From: an uncultured delta proteobacterium
GTDB taxonomy: Bacteria > Desulfobacterota > Binatia > Binatales > Binataceae
Direction of reading: 5' to 3'
Assembly: GCA_963830715.1 (NCBI GenBank)
Contig: CAWHNS010000021.1
Location: forward strand, 211,005 to 275,004
Length of the DNA stretch: 64,000 nt
Below, in pieces: positions 38,417-48,937 of this stretch. Positions within the stretch are counted from its first letter, which is position 1. Every line of letters begins with the position of its first letter. A program made the position numbers and the translations under genes. Below the pieces are notes generated by a model, which was not told the origin of the DNA, made no database searches, and saw only the letters and a list, made by a program, of their open reading frames with translations.

Positions 38417-39442
38417 CTGGCGCAGGAATCCGGTCGCATAGGCAATGTGGCAAGAGGGAAAGAGAACCAGCAATGTCGGAAGCGATCGGAGATCGCGCGC
38501 CTTCAAGGTTTCGATTGTGGAAAAGACCAGCGCGAGCGCCGCATACGCTCCGAGAGGCAGCAGGTAGATCGGCCTTCTGACTAATGGGATAGAGAGCAAA
38601 TAGAGAAGGAACATGACCGGAATCAGGTAAAAAGGCGAAATCGATCGGGGCACGGCCACGGTATTCTGCCAACGTCCCTGCCCATAACGAAACAACTGAT
38701 ACAGAAAACCGCTCAGATTCCTGCGGCGGCTGTGATAGACGACCAGATCCGGATCGTGGAACATCGTCTTGTGCCTGAGCGCGAGTTCCGCGAGCAGGAC
38801 ATTCTCCTCGTTGCTGATCATGTGCTCGCGAAACGGGGCGCCGAACCCGTCGAGGGCTTGCCTGCGCACTATCAGGTTGCAAAGAATCAATTCCCGGTCG
38901 TCCGAGGGGCGCAATCGGCCGCTGCGGCGAAACCGGTGGCGCACCGTTGCGGATCCGAAGGGAGAGGCGAGAACCTGGCCCACACACTTCTCGAATCTCC
39001 CGGAGTCTGCCGGAGTCAGATTGGGGCCGCCGAGGACGTCGAGCTCGGGCCGTTCCGCGAACCGCCGCATTGCCCGCGAAAAGAAATCCGGCGCGACCGT
39101 CACGTCGTCGTCGAGAAAGAAGATGACTTCGCCGCGCGCCTTATCGACCGCGGCGTTGCGGGCCGAGCCTGGCTGACGCTTGCCCAGCCGCATTGTGATC
39201 AGGCGCGGCTCGCGCCGAGCGAGCTGCTGGAGATACTCCTCGGTTCCGGCGTCGGTTCCGTTACAAACCACAATCACTTCCGCATTGCGGGGCAGGTCCG
39301 GAGTCAGCACGCTGTTGAGGCATTTGTCCAGCGCCGCGAGGCGCTTGTAGGTCGGGATTATGAGCGTCAGCGCCGGAGACTCGGCAACTTCGATCGGCTG
39401 GCGCGCGGTGTAATCGGATTCGAGAGTGCGCGTACGGCCCAT
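38225..39442 (-). CDS. Glycosyltransferase family 2 with a C-terminal membrane domain (3' end uncertain)
   Basis: LIIPTYKRLAAL, DDDV and C-terminal TM helices ending CHIAYATGFLRQLL. The ATG at 39442 is 3 nt after the upstream stop. The last ~60 codons overlap the convergent gene. Confidence 0.8.
   Translation of the reverse strand: MGRTRTLESDYTARQPIEVAESPALTLIIPTYKRLAALDKCLNSVLTPDLPRNAEVIVVCNGTDAGTEEYLQQLARREPRLITMRLGKRQPGSARNAAVDKARGEVIFFLDDDVTVAPDFFSRAMRRFAERPELDVLGGPNLTPADSGRFEKCVGQVLASPFGSATVRHRFRRSGRLRPSDDRELILCNLIVRRQALDGFGAPFREHMISNEENVLLAELALRHKTMFHDPDLVVYHSRRRNLSGFLYQLFRYGQGRWQNTVAVPRSISPFYLIPVMFLLYLLSIPLVRRPIYLLPLGAYAALALVFSTIETLKARDLRSLPTLLVLFPSCHIAYATGFLRQLLRSLPAAFRKPAFQEFPDSIGIPLVSEAIANGETTLAGAGDRSGIAQQSGEIVPALGDEADS
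38371..38450. repeat. 80-bp direct repeat, copy B
   Basis: See copy A. It covers the last codons and stop of the 37258 gene on the plus strand and the tail of the GT2 gene on the minus strand. Confidence 0.85.
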
Positions 39443-39444
39443 GC

Positions 39445-40540
39445 TCAATCCAGCCCCGGCGTCTTGGCGCGAAAGCCCGTATAGCGCTCGCGCTCGACAT
39501 CGGCCAACAGCGCCCGATAACGATCGAGTTGGCGGCGCAACGAAAAGTGGCGCGAGGTTCGCCGCGCGCCCTCCGACAAACGCGCGACCAGCTCCGGTCT
39601 GCGCTGCAGCTCGTTGAGATGCTCGCCAACTTCATCGACCGAACCCGCAAGCAGACCGTTGACCCCATGAGACACGATCTCGGGGATGCCTCCGCGAGCC
39701 TCGGCCACGATCGGCAGACCCGCGGCCAGAGCTTCGATGAGCGCGAGAGGATTGCATTCGTTGGCCGTCGATGTGACATGGCAAAACACGTCGAACCTCG
39801 CGAGCATCGCGGACACGTCCGGCCGCGGTACGAAACCGGTAAGCGAGAATGTCTGCTCGAGGTTCCGCTCGCGCACGTCCGCGTCGAGTACGGGCAAGAG
39901 ATTGCCGCCGCCGGCAATTATGAATCGCGCCCTCGGCACCTCGAATCGCGCGGCGGTTCGCACCCAGTCGACCGGGATTTTGCCTTCGCGCAAGCTGCTC
40001 ACGCGCCCGATCACCAATTCGCCATCGAACCTTTCGCGCACCCGCTCTGCACGAAACCGATCGCGGTCAACTCCGTTGGGAATCACCCGCACGCGATCGG
40101 GGGCAATGTGCTCAACTTGCTTCAACTGGCTTCGCGCGACCGGAACGTAACGATCGTATCCGGGCAGCGCCGGGAAATTCGAATTGTGAAGCACGCACAC
40201 GAAGCAGGGCCGCCGGCTGAGCGGCGCGCGGTTCAACTCCTGAAGCCATTCCCGCCACGGGTCGTGTCCCCACCAATGAAACAGGACGACTTCCGGCTCG
40301 AAATCCCCTAATGCCTCGCGCCGCCGCTTCTCGTCGCGAAGGCTTTGGTACGGCACATCGGCGCAGGCGATCCCAGCCCGTTCGAGAATTTCGAGAAAAG
40401 GCGCGTGAGCCTCGATGTGGTTCGATCGGCTGAAGTGAAGCACCCGATGCTCGTGCTCGCGGAGGCCAAGCACGAGACTCCATCAAGACGGTCTCTGCGC
40501 CGTCGGACTCGAGAGATTCGATAACTGAGAGAATCTTCAA
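39445..40540 (-). CDS. Glycosyltransferase family 4 (GT-B), apparent frameshift near 40470-40482
   Basis: The N-terminus MKILSVIESLESDGAETVLME is in one frame and the rest (LVLGLREHEHRVLHF ... EALAAGLPIVAEARGGIPEIV) is in another. The span is 1096 nt (3n+1). Confidence 0.8.
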
Positions 40541-41715
40541 GCCGGGCCTTCCAGCATCGGCTGTGCTTCCTTCGATTCCGCCAGCGATTCCAGAATGACC
40601 GTCTCGTAAGACCTGATCATTTCGTTGATGTCATGGCGGCGGGCGACCTCGCGGCTGCGCCGGCCCAAATCGATGCGAATATCCGGGCGAAGGACCAGTT
40701 CCGCAAGGGCGCGGCAGGTCTGTTCGGGGTTGAGAACGCCAACCAGGTAGCCATTACCGTCGATAGTCTCCGCGATCGCGCCGACGTGAGTGGCCACAAT
40801 CGGCAGGCCCATCGCCATCGCCTCGAGGAGCGCAAACGGGCTGCCCTCGGACAGCGACGTAAGCGCATAGACATCGAGGGCCCGCATTATCTCGGGCACA
40901 TCCAAGCGCGCACCGAGAAAGCGCACGCGCTCGGCGATGCCGAGATCGCGCGCCTGTGCGCCCAGGTCCGATCCGGCGCCTCGATCCGGTCCGGCGATGA
41001 TGGCCCTTATTTTCGGAGTCCGAACGCGATTGCCCGACATCCCCTCGATTCGCTCAATCAATTGGCTCACTGCCTGCAACAAGTGTCCGAGGTTCTTTTC
41101 GCCCGCCAGGCGGGCGACGGTTCCAACGACGAAGTCGTTTTCGCCGAGATCGAGAGCCTCGCGGCATCGGGCGCGATCGTACGGTTCGGGATCGAAACGG
41201 GTCAGATCGATACCGTTGGGAATCACAACCAGTTGGCCGGGGCTGCATCGAAGAAGCCCGCGCTGCGCGAGAACCATATCGCGGATGCTCTTCGACTCGC
41301 AAATGACTCGCTGACACGGCGACTTGTCGCGAACCCGGCTGACCAGGGCGGGGCCGTCAAGCCGTTCGACGATAGCCTTGATCTGGGCCTGCTGTGCCGC
41401 CGTGACGCCCTCGGGCCACGCATACACGATGCATGCGTCGATCGCATCCGCACGCAACCGATCGGTCAATTGCCGATGCCATTGCCGGCGGGCCTCGGCG
41501 TCCTCGTCTGTCCACCGGGGATCTGCTCCGGGTTTGTGATGTCCCAGCGCGAAGGGGATTCCAAGCGACTCGGTTTCCGGGAGCAGAGCCCCGGGACGGA
41601 AGGCATACAGGAAAGGCGAAAATCGCGCGCGGTCGAGACGCCGGATAAGTTCAAGCAAGCCGAGCTCCTGGCCGCCAATTTCAAGACTGTCGCAGATGAA
41701 AGCGATCCGAATCAT
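40537..41715 (-). CDS. Glycosyltransferase family 4 (GT-B)
   Basis: MIRIAFICDSLEIGGQE and the EGSPFALLEAMAMGLPIVATHVGAI motif. The ATG is in an ATGA overlap with the upstream stop. Confidence 0.85.
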   Translation of the reverse strand: MIRIAFICDSLEIGGQELGLLELIRRLDRARFSPFLYAFRPGALLPETESLGIPFALGHHKPGADPRWTDEDAEARRQWHRQLTDRLRADAIDACIVYAWPEGVTAAQQAQIKAIVERLDGPALVSRVRDKSPCQRVICESKSIRDMVLAQRGLLRCSPGQLVVIPNGIDLTRFDPEPYDRARCREALDLGENDFVVGTVARLAGEKNLGHLLQAVSQLIERIEGMSGNRVRTPKIRAIIAGPDRGAGSDLGAQARDLGIAERVRFLGARLDVPEIMRALDVYALTSLSEGSPFALLEAMAMGLPIVATHVGAIAETIDGNGYLVGVLNPEQTCRALAELVLRPDIRIDLGRRSREVARRHDINEMIRSYETVILESLAESKEAQPMLEGPA

Positions 41716-42491
41716 CGAGCTCGCGCGCTCCTCTCCGGCCGCGCGCCGCCGACCGACCTCTCGTACTGCGCAATGACTTCGGGCATCGGGCCGATGCACC
41801 GAATGCTGCCCCGGTCGAGCCAGATGCCACGATCGCACAAGCGGCGGAGGTTCTCAGTCCCGTGGCTGACAATCACCATCGTTGCGCCGGAAGCGCGAAA
41901 CCGGCTTAGGGTCTGCTCGCATCGCTCGCGAAAAGCCAGATCGCCGGCGGCCAGGGCCTCGTCAAGCAGCAGCAACTCGAATTCCGTGTGCGAGGCGACC
42001 GAGAAGCCCAGACGCGCGATCATTCCGCTGGAATAGGTCCAGAGCTGGCGGTCGATCACGTCCTCCAGCCCGGCAAATTCTATGATCTCGGGTAATATGG
42101 TCCGCATCCGGCGATTACTCATTCCGAGGATGCTTCCTTGCAGCAAGGCGTTTTCGCGGCCCGTCAGGAAGGGATGAAAGCCTGACCCCAGCGCGAGCTG
42201 CGTGGCTACCCGTGCGCGCACCTCAACTCTCCCCGCCGACGGCAGAGTAATCCGGCCGAGAATCTTGAGTAACGTGCTCTTGCCGGCGCCGTTCGAGCCA
42301 ACTATCCCCAGTGATTCCCCCCGCCTCACACGAAACGACAGGTCCCTTAGAGCATGGATGTCGCGAGGTTTCGTAAGGGTTCCGGTCACCCATTGGTACA
42401 GCGTCTCGAGCAGGGCTTGTTTGTCCGGCCGCAGACGGTAGATTTTCGACACCCCCTCGACGATCACCACGTCTGTTTCGCGGCTATCCAA
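41712..42491 (-). CDS. ABC transporter ATP-binding protein, polysaccharide-export type (Wzt/TagH/KpsT-like), no C-terminal glycan-binding domain
   Basis: Walker A GSNGAGKST, signature YSSGMIARLGF, Walker B LLLLDEALAAGD. 259 aa. Confidence 0.85.
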   Translation of the reverse strand: MDSRETDVVIVEGVSKIYRLRPDKQALLETLYQWVTGTLTKPRDIHALRDLSFRVRRGESLGIVGSNGAGKSTLLKILGRITLPSAGRVEVRARVATQLALGSGFHPFLTGRENALLQGSILGMSNRRMRTILPEIIEFAGLEDVIDRQLWTYSSGMIARLGFSVASHTEFELLLLDEALAAGDLAFRERCEQTLSRFRASGATMVIVSHGTENLRRLCDRGIWLDRGSIRCIGPMPEVIAQYERSVGGARPERSARAR

Positions 42492-43275
42492 GCGCGCTAT
42501 TCCTCCCCTCCTTCGTCCTCGTCTTCAATGCCTCACGCAGCGCCACGCCGGACGTGGCGCGCACTTCATCTTCCTCGCTTCGACGCTCGTCCGGCGCGAG
42601 GCTGGTGGTGATTCTATTCGCCGAATGATAGCGAATCTTGTACAGGAATTCGCTGACGTTCTGGAATTCGAACCGGCAGGCCATTCGCAGAGCAAGGTCA
42701 TAGTCCTCCGCGAACCGGATATGCTCGCGGAAACCACCGGTCGCCAGGAAGTCATCGCGCTTCCAGCAAAGCAGGGGGTTTGCGATGTATCTCTCGGCCA
42801 GCAAGGCGGGATCGAACGGGATGCTCCGATGACGGCTTTGCGTAATACCGCCGGTCTCATCGACAACTATCCGCGACGAATAGAAGTAGGACACCTCTGG
42901 ATAATGCCCGATATACCCATTCATTACCTCGAGCGCGTCGGGCACGAGCAAATCATCGGAATCGAGCCGGCACAGGTATTTTCCGCGAGCGAGCCGGGCC
43001 GCGACGTTGAGCGCCGCGCCCTGCCCCCGATGAGGCAGATGCAGCGCGCGGACTCGCGGATCGCGGGCGTAGCCGCCGACTAGCTCAAGGACTTCCGGTG
43101 CGCTGCTGCCGTCATCTGCTATAATCAGTTCGAAGTCCGGCGTGGTCTGGTTGAGGATGCTTTCGATTGCCTCGCGCAGGCCCAGCACCCGATCGTACAC
43201 CGGCATCATGACGGTGAACTTCAACTTCGACTTCAATGCCGCCGAGCCGTTCCTTTGATCCGGCGCAATACTCAC
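42484..43275 (-). CDS. Glycosyltransferase family 2
   Basis: VMMPVYDRVLGLREAIESILNQTTPDFELIIADDGSS and LDSDD. GTGA overlap with the upstream stop. Confidence 0.85.
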   Translation of the reverse strand: MSIAPDQRNGSAALKSKLKFTVMMPVYDRVLGLREAIESILNQTTPDFELIIADDGSSAPEVLELVGGYARDPRVRALHLPHRGQGAALNVAARLARGKYLCRLDSDDLLVPDALEVMNGYIGHYPEVSYFYSSRIVVDETGGITQSRHRSIPFDPALLAERYIANPLLCWKRDDFLATGGFREHIRFAEDYDLALRMACRFEFQNVSEFLYKIRYHSANRITTSLAPDERRSEEDEVRATSGVALREALKTRTKEGRNSALG

Positions 43276-44361
43276 GATGCCCTCGAGACCTGCGACGCGC
43301 GCGCCTGCGAAAATACGGGATCATAAATCGCCGCGCGAGCGTCCCAGGAGTGGTTGGCAGTCATGTACTCGACGACTCCTTCAATCCCTGGCGGCGAGAA
43401 GGCGATCTCGGCCGCCGAGTCCGCCATGGCTGCGACGTCGTCATAGGGGACGATCGCGCCGAGTCTCGTGAGCTCGATCAGCCACGCATTGGGCACCGGG
43501 CTCTCGCATATCACCGGAAGGCCGGTCCGCAGATAGTAGTAGATTTTGCTGCTCTCGTTGTCCTGAACCGGGCCCTGCGCGAGCACCAGCCCGACCTGCG
43601 CGTATCGTTGCCAATCCCAGAAAGCGGCGCCCTCGATGCGGCCGACATGCGTGACAAGGCCGGGGTCGAGGCGGTCGGTCGCGCCGGGGCCAATCGCGAC
43701 CAGTGTTATGCCGTGACGCTTGAGAAGCGCCCCGACCCGGTTGAGCCGGTCCTGCCAGATTCCATTGACCTCGGGCTGATGGCCCGTATAGAGGTTGCCG
43801 GCGAAAATCGCGATGGGTCCCTTGATGCCGAGCGCTCGGTACGGATTGGGACCGGCGCCGGGGATGTCGGCATCCACGCCGGTCGGGACTTGCAAGAGCT
43901 GCGCCCGAGATCCGTGCTCGCGCCACCAAAGCGCTGCGCTCCGGTTGGACAATACGGTCACCGCACGAGCCCGGCGTGCGATTTCAATCTGGGTATTGAA
44001 CAGCCGTTCTCTCATCGCGCCGAAGAAATGCACGCCCGGTGTCTGCTCGTGGCCAACGACCGACCCGAGCTTGCTGACTATGAAAGGATGGTCGCCGCCA
44101 CCGGCGGCGACTAGTGTCTCAAATCCGCGGTGAAAAAAGGTCTTCACGACGTCGTAGTCTTCCCAGCGCACGAGACGAACCGAAACCTCGCGCAGTCGCG
44201 GCGCCACATGGCGTGGCGCGCCAGATCGGTCAAGGGCTATGTTCGACCTGATAACCTCGTCTCGCCAGCGCCTCCGACATGCGAATGAAGCGGATGCCGT
44301 CCATCGCCGCCATGTGCGGAAGCGCCGTGCGGTACACGCAGGCGACGCGGATCGGACGCAC
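43272..44361 (-). CDS. Putative GT-B-type glycosyltransferase, apparent frameshift near 44238-44250
   Basis: Hand-read N-terminus VRPIRVACVYRTALPHMAAMDGIRFIRMSEALARRGYQVE, from GTG 44361 with an AAGGGG RBS, lies in a frame different from the ORF-track body. The C-terminal ESSKIYYYLRTGLPVI resembles the GT1/GT4 E-x7-E region. Confidence 0.5.
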
Positions 44362-44395
44362 ACGATCCCCTTCTGCACGAATCGCCGCGACCGCG

Positions 44396-45169
44396 TCAGA
44401 TATAGTCATCGAAGTAGGGCTCCAGACGTCGAAATACGATAATTCCGGCGGCTAGCATCAGCGCCGATGCAACGATGGTGATTGATACTAAAGATCGCGA
44501 CGGAAGCATGCCTTGCGTCAAAGTGTCACGGTAAATCTCTATGATCCCCGCCATCGGGTTCAAGAGATACCAGCCGAGCCATTTGCGGGGGACATATGAT
44601 AGCGGATAGACGCTGGGCGTCAGGTAGAAGAGCGCCTGGATCGCGGGGGCAAGAATGTATTCGATGTCCCGGTAGAACACGTTCAAGCTCGCAGTGAGAA
44701 GCGACGCGCCAGCGAGGAACGCGAGTTGGAGACAAACCACGAGCGGAAGAAAAAGCATGAACAGGGTAAAAGAGGATGCTGACGCGGCCATGAAAACAAA
44801 CAGCACCGTTAGCGAAATCAGAAAGTGAATCAGGCTTGCGCCGATTGCGGAGAACGGCAGGTAAGCCCGCTGGATGCGGACCCGCTTTACCAGGCCCGCG
44901 GATCGCGAGAGCGACGATGTCGCGTTCGTGAGCGCCATCTGAAAAAAAGTCCATGGAAGCAGGGCTGACAGCACGAACACCGGATAGTTACTGACCTGGA
45001 GATGAACGAACCGGCTGAAGGCAATGAAAATCACCATCATCAGCAGAGGATTGAGCACGAACCATAGAACGCCGAGGATGGTGGTCTTGTAGCGAGCGGT
45101 CAGCTCCGCCCAGATCAGATTGCGCAACAGGTCGTAATGCTCCAGGTACTCGCCGATCGCGTTGCCCAT
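44396..45169 (-). CDS. ABC-2 type polysaccharide-export permease (Wzm/KpsM/TagG-like)
   Basis: LIWAELTARYKTTILGVLWFVLNPLLMM and 6 TM helices. ATG at 45169; the longer ORF-track N-terminus overlaps the upstream gene. Confidence 0.85.
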   Translation of the reverse strand: MGNAIGEYLEHYDLLRNLIWAELTARYKTTILGVLWFVLNPLLMMVIFIAFSRFVHLQVSNYPVFVLSALLPWTFFQMALTNATSSLSRSAGLVKRVRIQRAYLPFSAIGASLIHFLISLTVLFVFMAASASSFTLFMLFLPLVVCLQLAFLAGASLLTASLNVFYRDIEYILAPAIQALFYLTPSVYPLSYVPRKWLGWYLLNPMAGIIEIYRDTLTQGMLPSRSLVSITIVASALMLAAGIIVFRRLEPYFDDYI

Positions 45170-45174
45170 CTCGG

Positions 45175-46726
45175 TTACCTCGCCGAATCCAGCGCGTGCA
45201 GGGCCATCGTGGCAAGGCCGTCCAGCCAGTCGGACAGCGACTGAAGGCACGCGCTCCACACCGGGTCGCGAGTGGAGGGCAGCGAGGTAAACGGGAGCCC
45301 CGCCAATCGCCGCCGCAGCGCGCGCAGATCCTCCCAATGCGGAAAGCCGTTTGAGCTGCAAGCCATGACAGCCTCCTCAGTCGATGTCGCGATCCCCATA
45401 TGCGCCAACAGCAGCCACAGCGCCGGGATCCGGCCGACTATCAGGTCCGCCAGGCGCGGGGGTTGGTCGTGATGCAGCGCCGACCAGATTCGATTGCGCA
45501 GATCGGCGACCGCGGCAGCAGCGCTTCGCACCACCGCCCGGTTCACGGGCGGAGCGCAATCGTGCCGCAAGTCCTCTCCCCATAGCACGACTCCGTGGCG
45601 CTCGATGAAATAGCATTCCTCAACCGGCCGCAGTGAGTGATACCAGCGGGACCGCGCGCGCCACACGGAAAGCGTCGATATTTTCGGATGGCGAAGGCGG
45701 AAATACCCGAAAGGCATGTCCTGCGAACGTATTCCGGCGGCGAGGAACTCGCGCACGGCCCGGCATACCTTCAAGTGTTCGGCGATACTCAGATCGTCAC
45801 GCACGATGAAGTGGATTCGGTACTCGTAGCTGCACCCGGGAATTGCCCCCAGAATCGCGCTCCGGATCGATCCGCTCAGCGACGCACAGAAACCCGCGAT
45901 TGCGGAGCGGCACCGGCCGACCGCCGCTTCGAGCGTGTCCGGCGTGACGCTCCGGGGCACCAGCGTCAGGATCGGCTCCGGCGTCGATCGGGGTCTCGCC
46001 GCAAGACTGTTCGCACAGCGCCGAGACCTCGGCCATGGCGAGCGCATGCGCGCGGGACAGATCGGCGAAACTGACTCGCTGCACCCGCCCCCGGAGAGCG
46101 GGATCGCGCGCGGCCTCGAGGACTGAGGCCGGGAAGTCCAAAGAAGCCATGCTGCGTGTCGTCAGACGCTCTTCCGCAGCTTCGTGAATCTCCACCGACT
46201 TTTTGTAGATCAACCGGCTGCCGTGCAGATTGAGGCGCCCCGTGAACAGTTCCCGGGAGATCAGCTCGTAGCCGTGCATGGCCCTCCAGAGGTAGGCGTT
46301 GCGATCCTCCGGCGCCTCGCCGGCGGGCTGTCCTTCACCCAGCACGCGCGACCATTGTTCTCGGCCGCGCGGCTGCAAGGCGAGCCGCCGGTTGATCTCC
46401 AGCTCCTCCGCCGTGCCCAGATGCAAACCGAAGACCTTGAGCCAAAGTCTGTTCCGGAGGAGCACGTCCGAGAGCCGCTCGGAGAGCGCGAAATAGGCCG
46501 GGGCCGAAAGCGGCGCCACCTGCGCGCGGAGGTCGAGATCGCTGCTCCCGAAACAATGGCCCGGACGCGTCATGCGAAGATCGACCGCGTCAATCTCGCC
46601 ATTGCTCCGCAAGCGGGCCACCAGCAATCGCAACGCGCCCCCATACGCCGCGCGGTATAGTTCGCGGAACCCGGGATAAGGCGCCGTGCGCATCACGGCG
46701 TCCTGAATCAGGGTATCGAGCTTCAC
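45175..46726 (-). CDS. Hypothetical ~517-aa protein, possible nucleotidyltransferase fold, apparent frameshift near 45975-45990
   Basis: Two overlapping ORFs join as ...SCGETPIDA / EPILTLVPRSVTPDTLEAAV. An SDLDL motif is reminiscent of the Pol-beta NTase DxD. The GTG at 46726 is in a GTGA overlap with the upstream stop. Confidence 0.4.
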
Positions 46727-47766
46727 ACCACCGACAGGATCGCTCGCGCCGCCGCGTCGAGATCGCGTCCGAGCATGAGACGATAACACTTCGCCTGCGT
46801 CAGCAGCCTGACGCCCGCGGCCATTCGCGAGCCTGCGATCGCGCTCTTGCGGAACAGATCCGCCGCACCTCCCCTCAGAAAGAACTCGACTACCTGAGGC
46901 AATCCCAGGCCGAAGACCAGATTCGCCGTGAGCGCGGGCAACATTCGCGCGCGAAGTATCGGCTCGATCCAGGAATCGGCGCCGTTGCGCCGCAAGCCAA
47001 CGATCAGTGCCTGGGGCCGCGCCTCGAAGGCCACCCGGTCCCGGAAGTGGTCGAGATCGACCAGCGTCTTGGGTTCCCGGTTGCGCCGCCGCGTCGTTCG
47101 CAGATGACTCGGGTCGATTCCGGCAACGCGGTCGCCTCGGATTCCCATCCGGGTGGGGAACGCGCGCAGCTTGCCGCGCTCGAGCAGCGGCGTGTCGTCG
47201 GAAAGGATCATGACCTCGCGATGCTTGAGCAGTTCGAGGGCGAGCGTGGTCTTGCCTCCCGCTTCCGGAAGCAGCACGAGCGCGGCCCGATCGGCAACCG
47301 CGATACCGAGAGCATGCACGCGATGAATTCCGCGCCGGTCGTGAATTTCACCGATTCGCGAAAGCGCGGTCAGATACGTGAGCTCGTAGAGGAAGTCCTC
47401 GCTAAGCGCCCAGATTTCGCCGCGCTCGCGGCTGAAGTCGTAAATCGCCAGCGCCTGCCGATGGTAGTCGTTATAGCGAACCGGTCCATCGTCGTAGCTC
47501 AGCGCGTTGGGCGTTACCATCGCGGCAGTCCGTTCCGGAATTCGCTCCCACGGAGGATTGCCGAGCTGCGCGCGCAATTCGATCGTCGGCGCGGCTGGAG
47601 CGCCGGCGAAGTAGTCGAAATCGCGGCCCAGATAATCCAGCACCATCGGCGCCGAGCTCGAAACCACAAGCCCGACCCCGTACACATTGAAAGAGATGCT
47701 ATCGTGGCGGGCCGGATGCAGATCCCCCGTCTCAAGCGCAACTTCGGCCGTCACAGCTCTAGCCAT
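46723..47766 (-). CDS. HPr-kinase-related (HprK C-terminal-domain-like) P-loop protein
   Basis: VHALGIAVADRAALVLLPEAGGKTTLALELLKHREVMILSDDTPLL resembles the HprK-like serine kinase core (H-A-x..G.sG.GKST..L...G...l.sDD). Confidence 0.5.
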   Translation of the reverse strand: MARAVTAEVALETGDLHPARHDSISFNVYGVGLVVSSSAPMVLDYLGRDFDYFAGAPAAPTIELRAQLGNPPWERIPERTAAMVTPNALSYDDGPVRYNDYHRQALAIYDFSRERGEIWALSEDFLYELTYLTALSRIGEIHDRRGIHRVHALGIAVADRAALVLLPEAGGKTTLALELLKHREVMILSDDTPLLERGKLRAFPTRMGIRGDRVAGIDPSHLRTTRRRNREPKTLVDLDHFRDRVAFEARPQALIVGLRRNGADSWIEPILRARMLPALTANLVFGLGLPQVVEFFLRGGAADLFRKSAIAGSRMAAGVRLLTQAKCYRLMLGRDLDAAARAILSVV

Positions 47767-47923
47767 AGCGTCGCGCTTCGATGTTTATGGATTTGGCAGC
47801 TCATTCGTCAAGCGATTTTAAGTGTTGTGCTGATCGGGCGCCACTGGATTGCAGGCCGGGCTGGATCGCCTGTGGATGACCCGGACTGAGCCAGCGATCG
47901 CAGAGCGGCCGGCCGATCTCTGG

Positions 47924-48937
47924 TCAGGACCGGGAGGCGCTCCGGTCTCTCACCAGCCGCTCATAGAAATCCCGAACCGACAGAGCCCACCGACTGTAAG
48001 TGTATCGCTGCTGCACGATCCGGCGTCCGATCTCACCGCGGCGGCGCCTCTCCTCCGGATGCGCGAGGTAGTGCGCGATCAGGCGCTCCGTTTCCGCGCC
48101 GCCCGAGGTGATCGCGATCGCGTCGCCAAACTCCTCGGCCAGCCCCGCCGCGTCGTCGCAGATCAGCAACGATCCGCACGCCAATGCTTCGAAGACGCGA
48201 TTGTTCCACATGCCCCATCGGCGCTGCGAATCCTCGTGGTAGTTGAGCACGATGGCAGCCGAGCTGTAGAGCCTCTGGATTTCGCCGAGCGGCAGCGGGC
48301 CGCGCCAGAACCGATGCCAATCGTTGGACTCGGGATTGTCGGCATAGACTCGCGCCCAGTAGTCGCGGTCCCAGTACGAGCCCCAGAGCGCAAAGTCGAA
48401 TTTCTTGGCGGGATCGAGATAGCGGCGCGTGGTCTCGGGCCGCTTGTTGCCTCGCCCGCCGCTCCCAAGAAAGACCACGTCCGCGCGGTATCGCACGTCC
48501 GGCTCCACGCGGCCCGCGCCATCATCCACCGCCAGCGGGATATACGATGCGGGCCGCGCCTGCGCCAGGATTCGCGCCGCCGGCCGGCTGTTGGTGATAT
48601 ATCCGTTGACCGGAATCTTGGCGAACTGGTCGAGAAGATCGCCGTGATTGTAGACCCTCAGGAGCGTGATTCCATCGACCAGACTGGCGATATCGTCAAC
48701 CCGCCATGGAGGCTCCGGACCGGTGTAGTACGATATCAACAAATCCACTTTCATTGCCGCGATCTTTTCGAGATCGTCGCGATCGAACGTGAAGACCCGC
48801 GCACCGGGAAAGACCTTCGGCAGATATCTGGCTGCGTTGTGCGCGCTGACAGCCTCGCCCCAGACCGCCTTTTCCCTGAGGCCCGGGCTCAGGATCACGA
48901 TCCGGAAGGAGTCCTGATCTCGCCATTCAGTTCCCAT
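47924..48937 (-). CDS. CgeB-family / Glyco_trans_1_2-like glycosyltransferase
   Basis: C-terminal NNRVFEALACGSLLICDD...GEIGRRIVQQRYTYSRW. Confidence 0.6.
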   Translation of the reverse strand: MGTEWRDQDSFRIVILSPGLREKAVWGEAVSAHNAARYLPKVFPGARVFTFDRDDLEKIAAMKVDLLISYYTGPEPPWRVDDIASLVDGITLLRVYNHGDLLDQFAKIPVNGYITNSRPAARILAQARPASYIPLAVDDGAGRVEPDVRYRADVVFLGSGGRGNKRPETTRRYLDPAKKFDFALWGSYWDRDYWARVYADNPESNDWHRFWRGPLPLGEIQRLYSSAAIVLNYHEDSQRRWGMWNNRVFEALACGSLLICDDAAGLAEEFGDAIAITSGGAETERLIAHYLAHPEERRRRGEIGRRIVQQRYTYSRWALSVRDFYERLVRDRSASRS

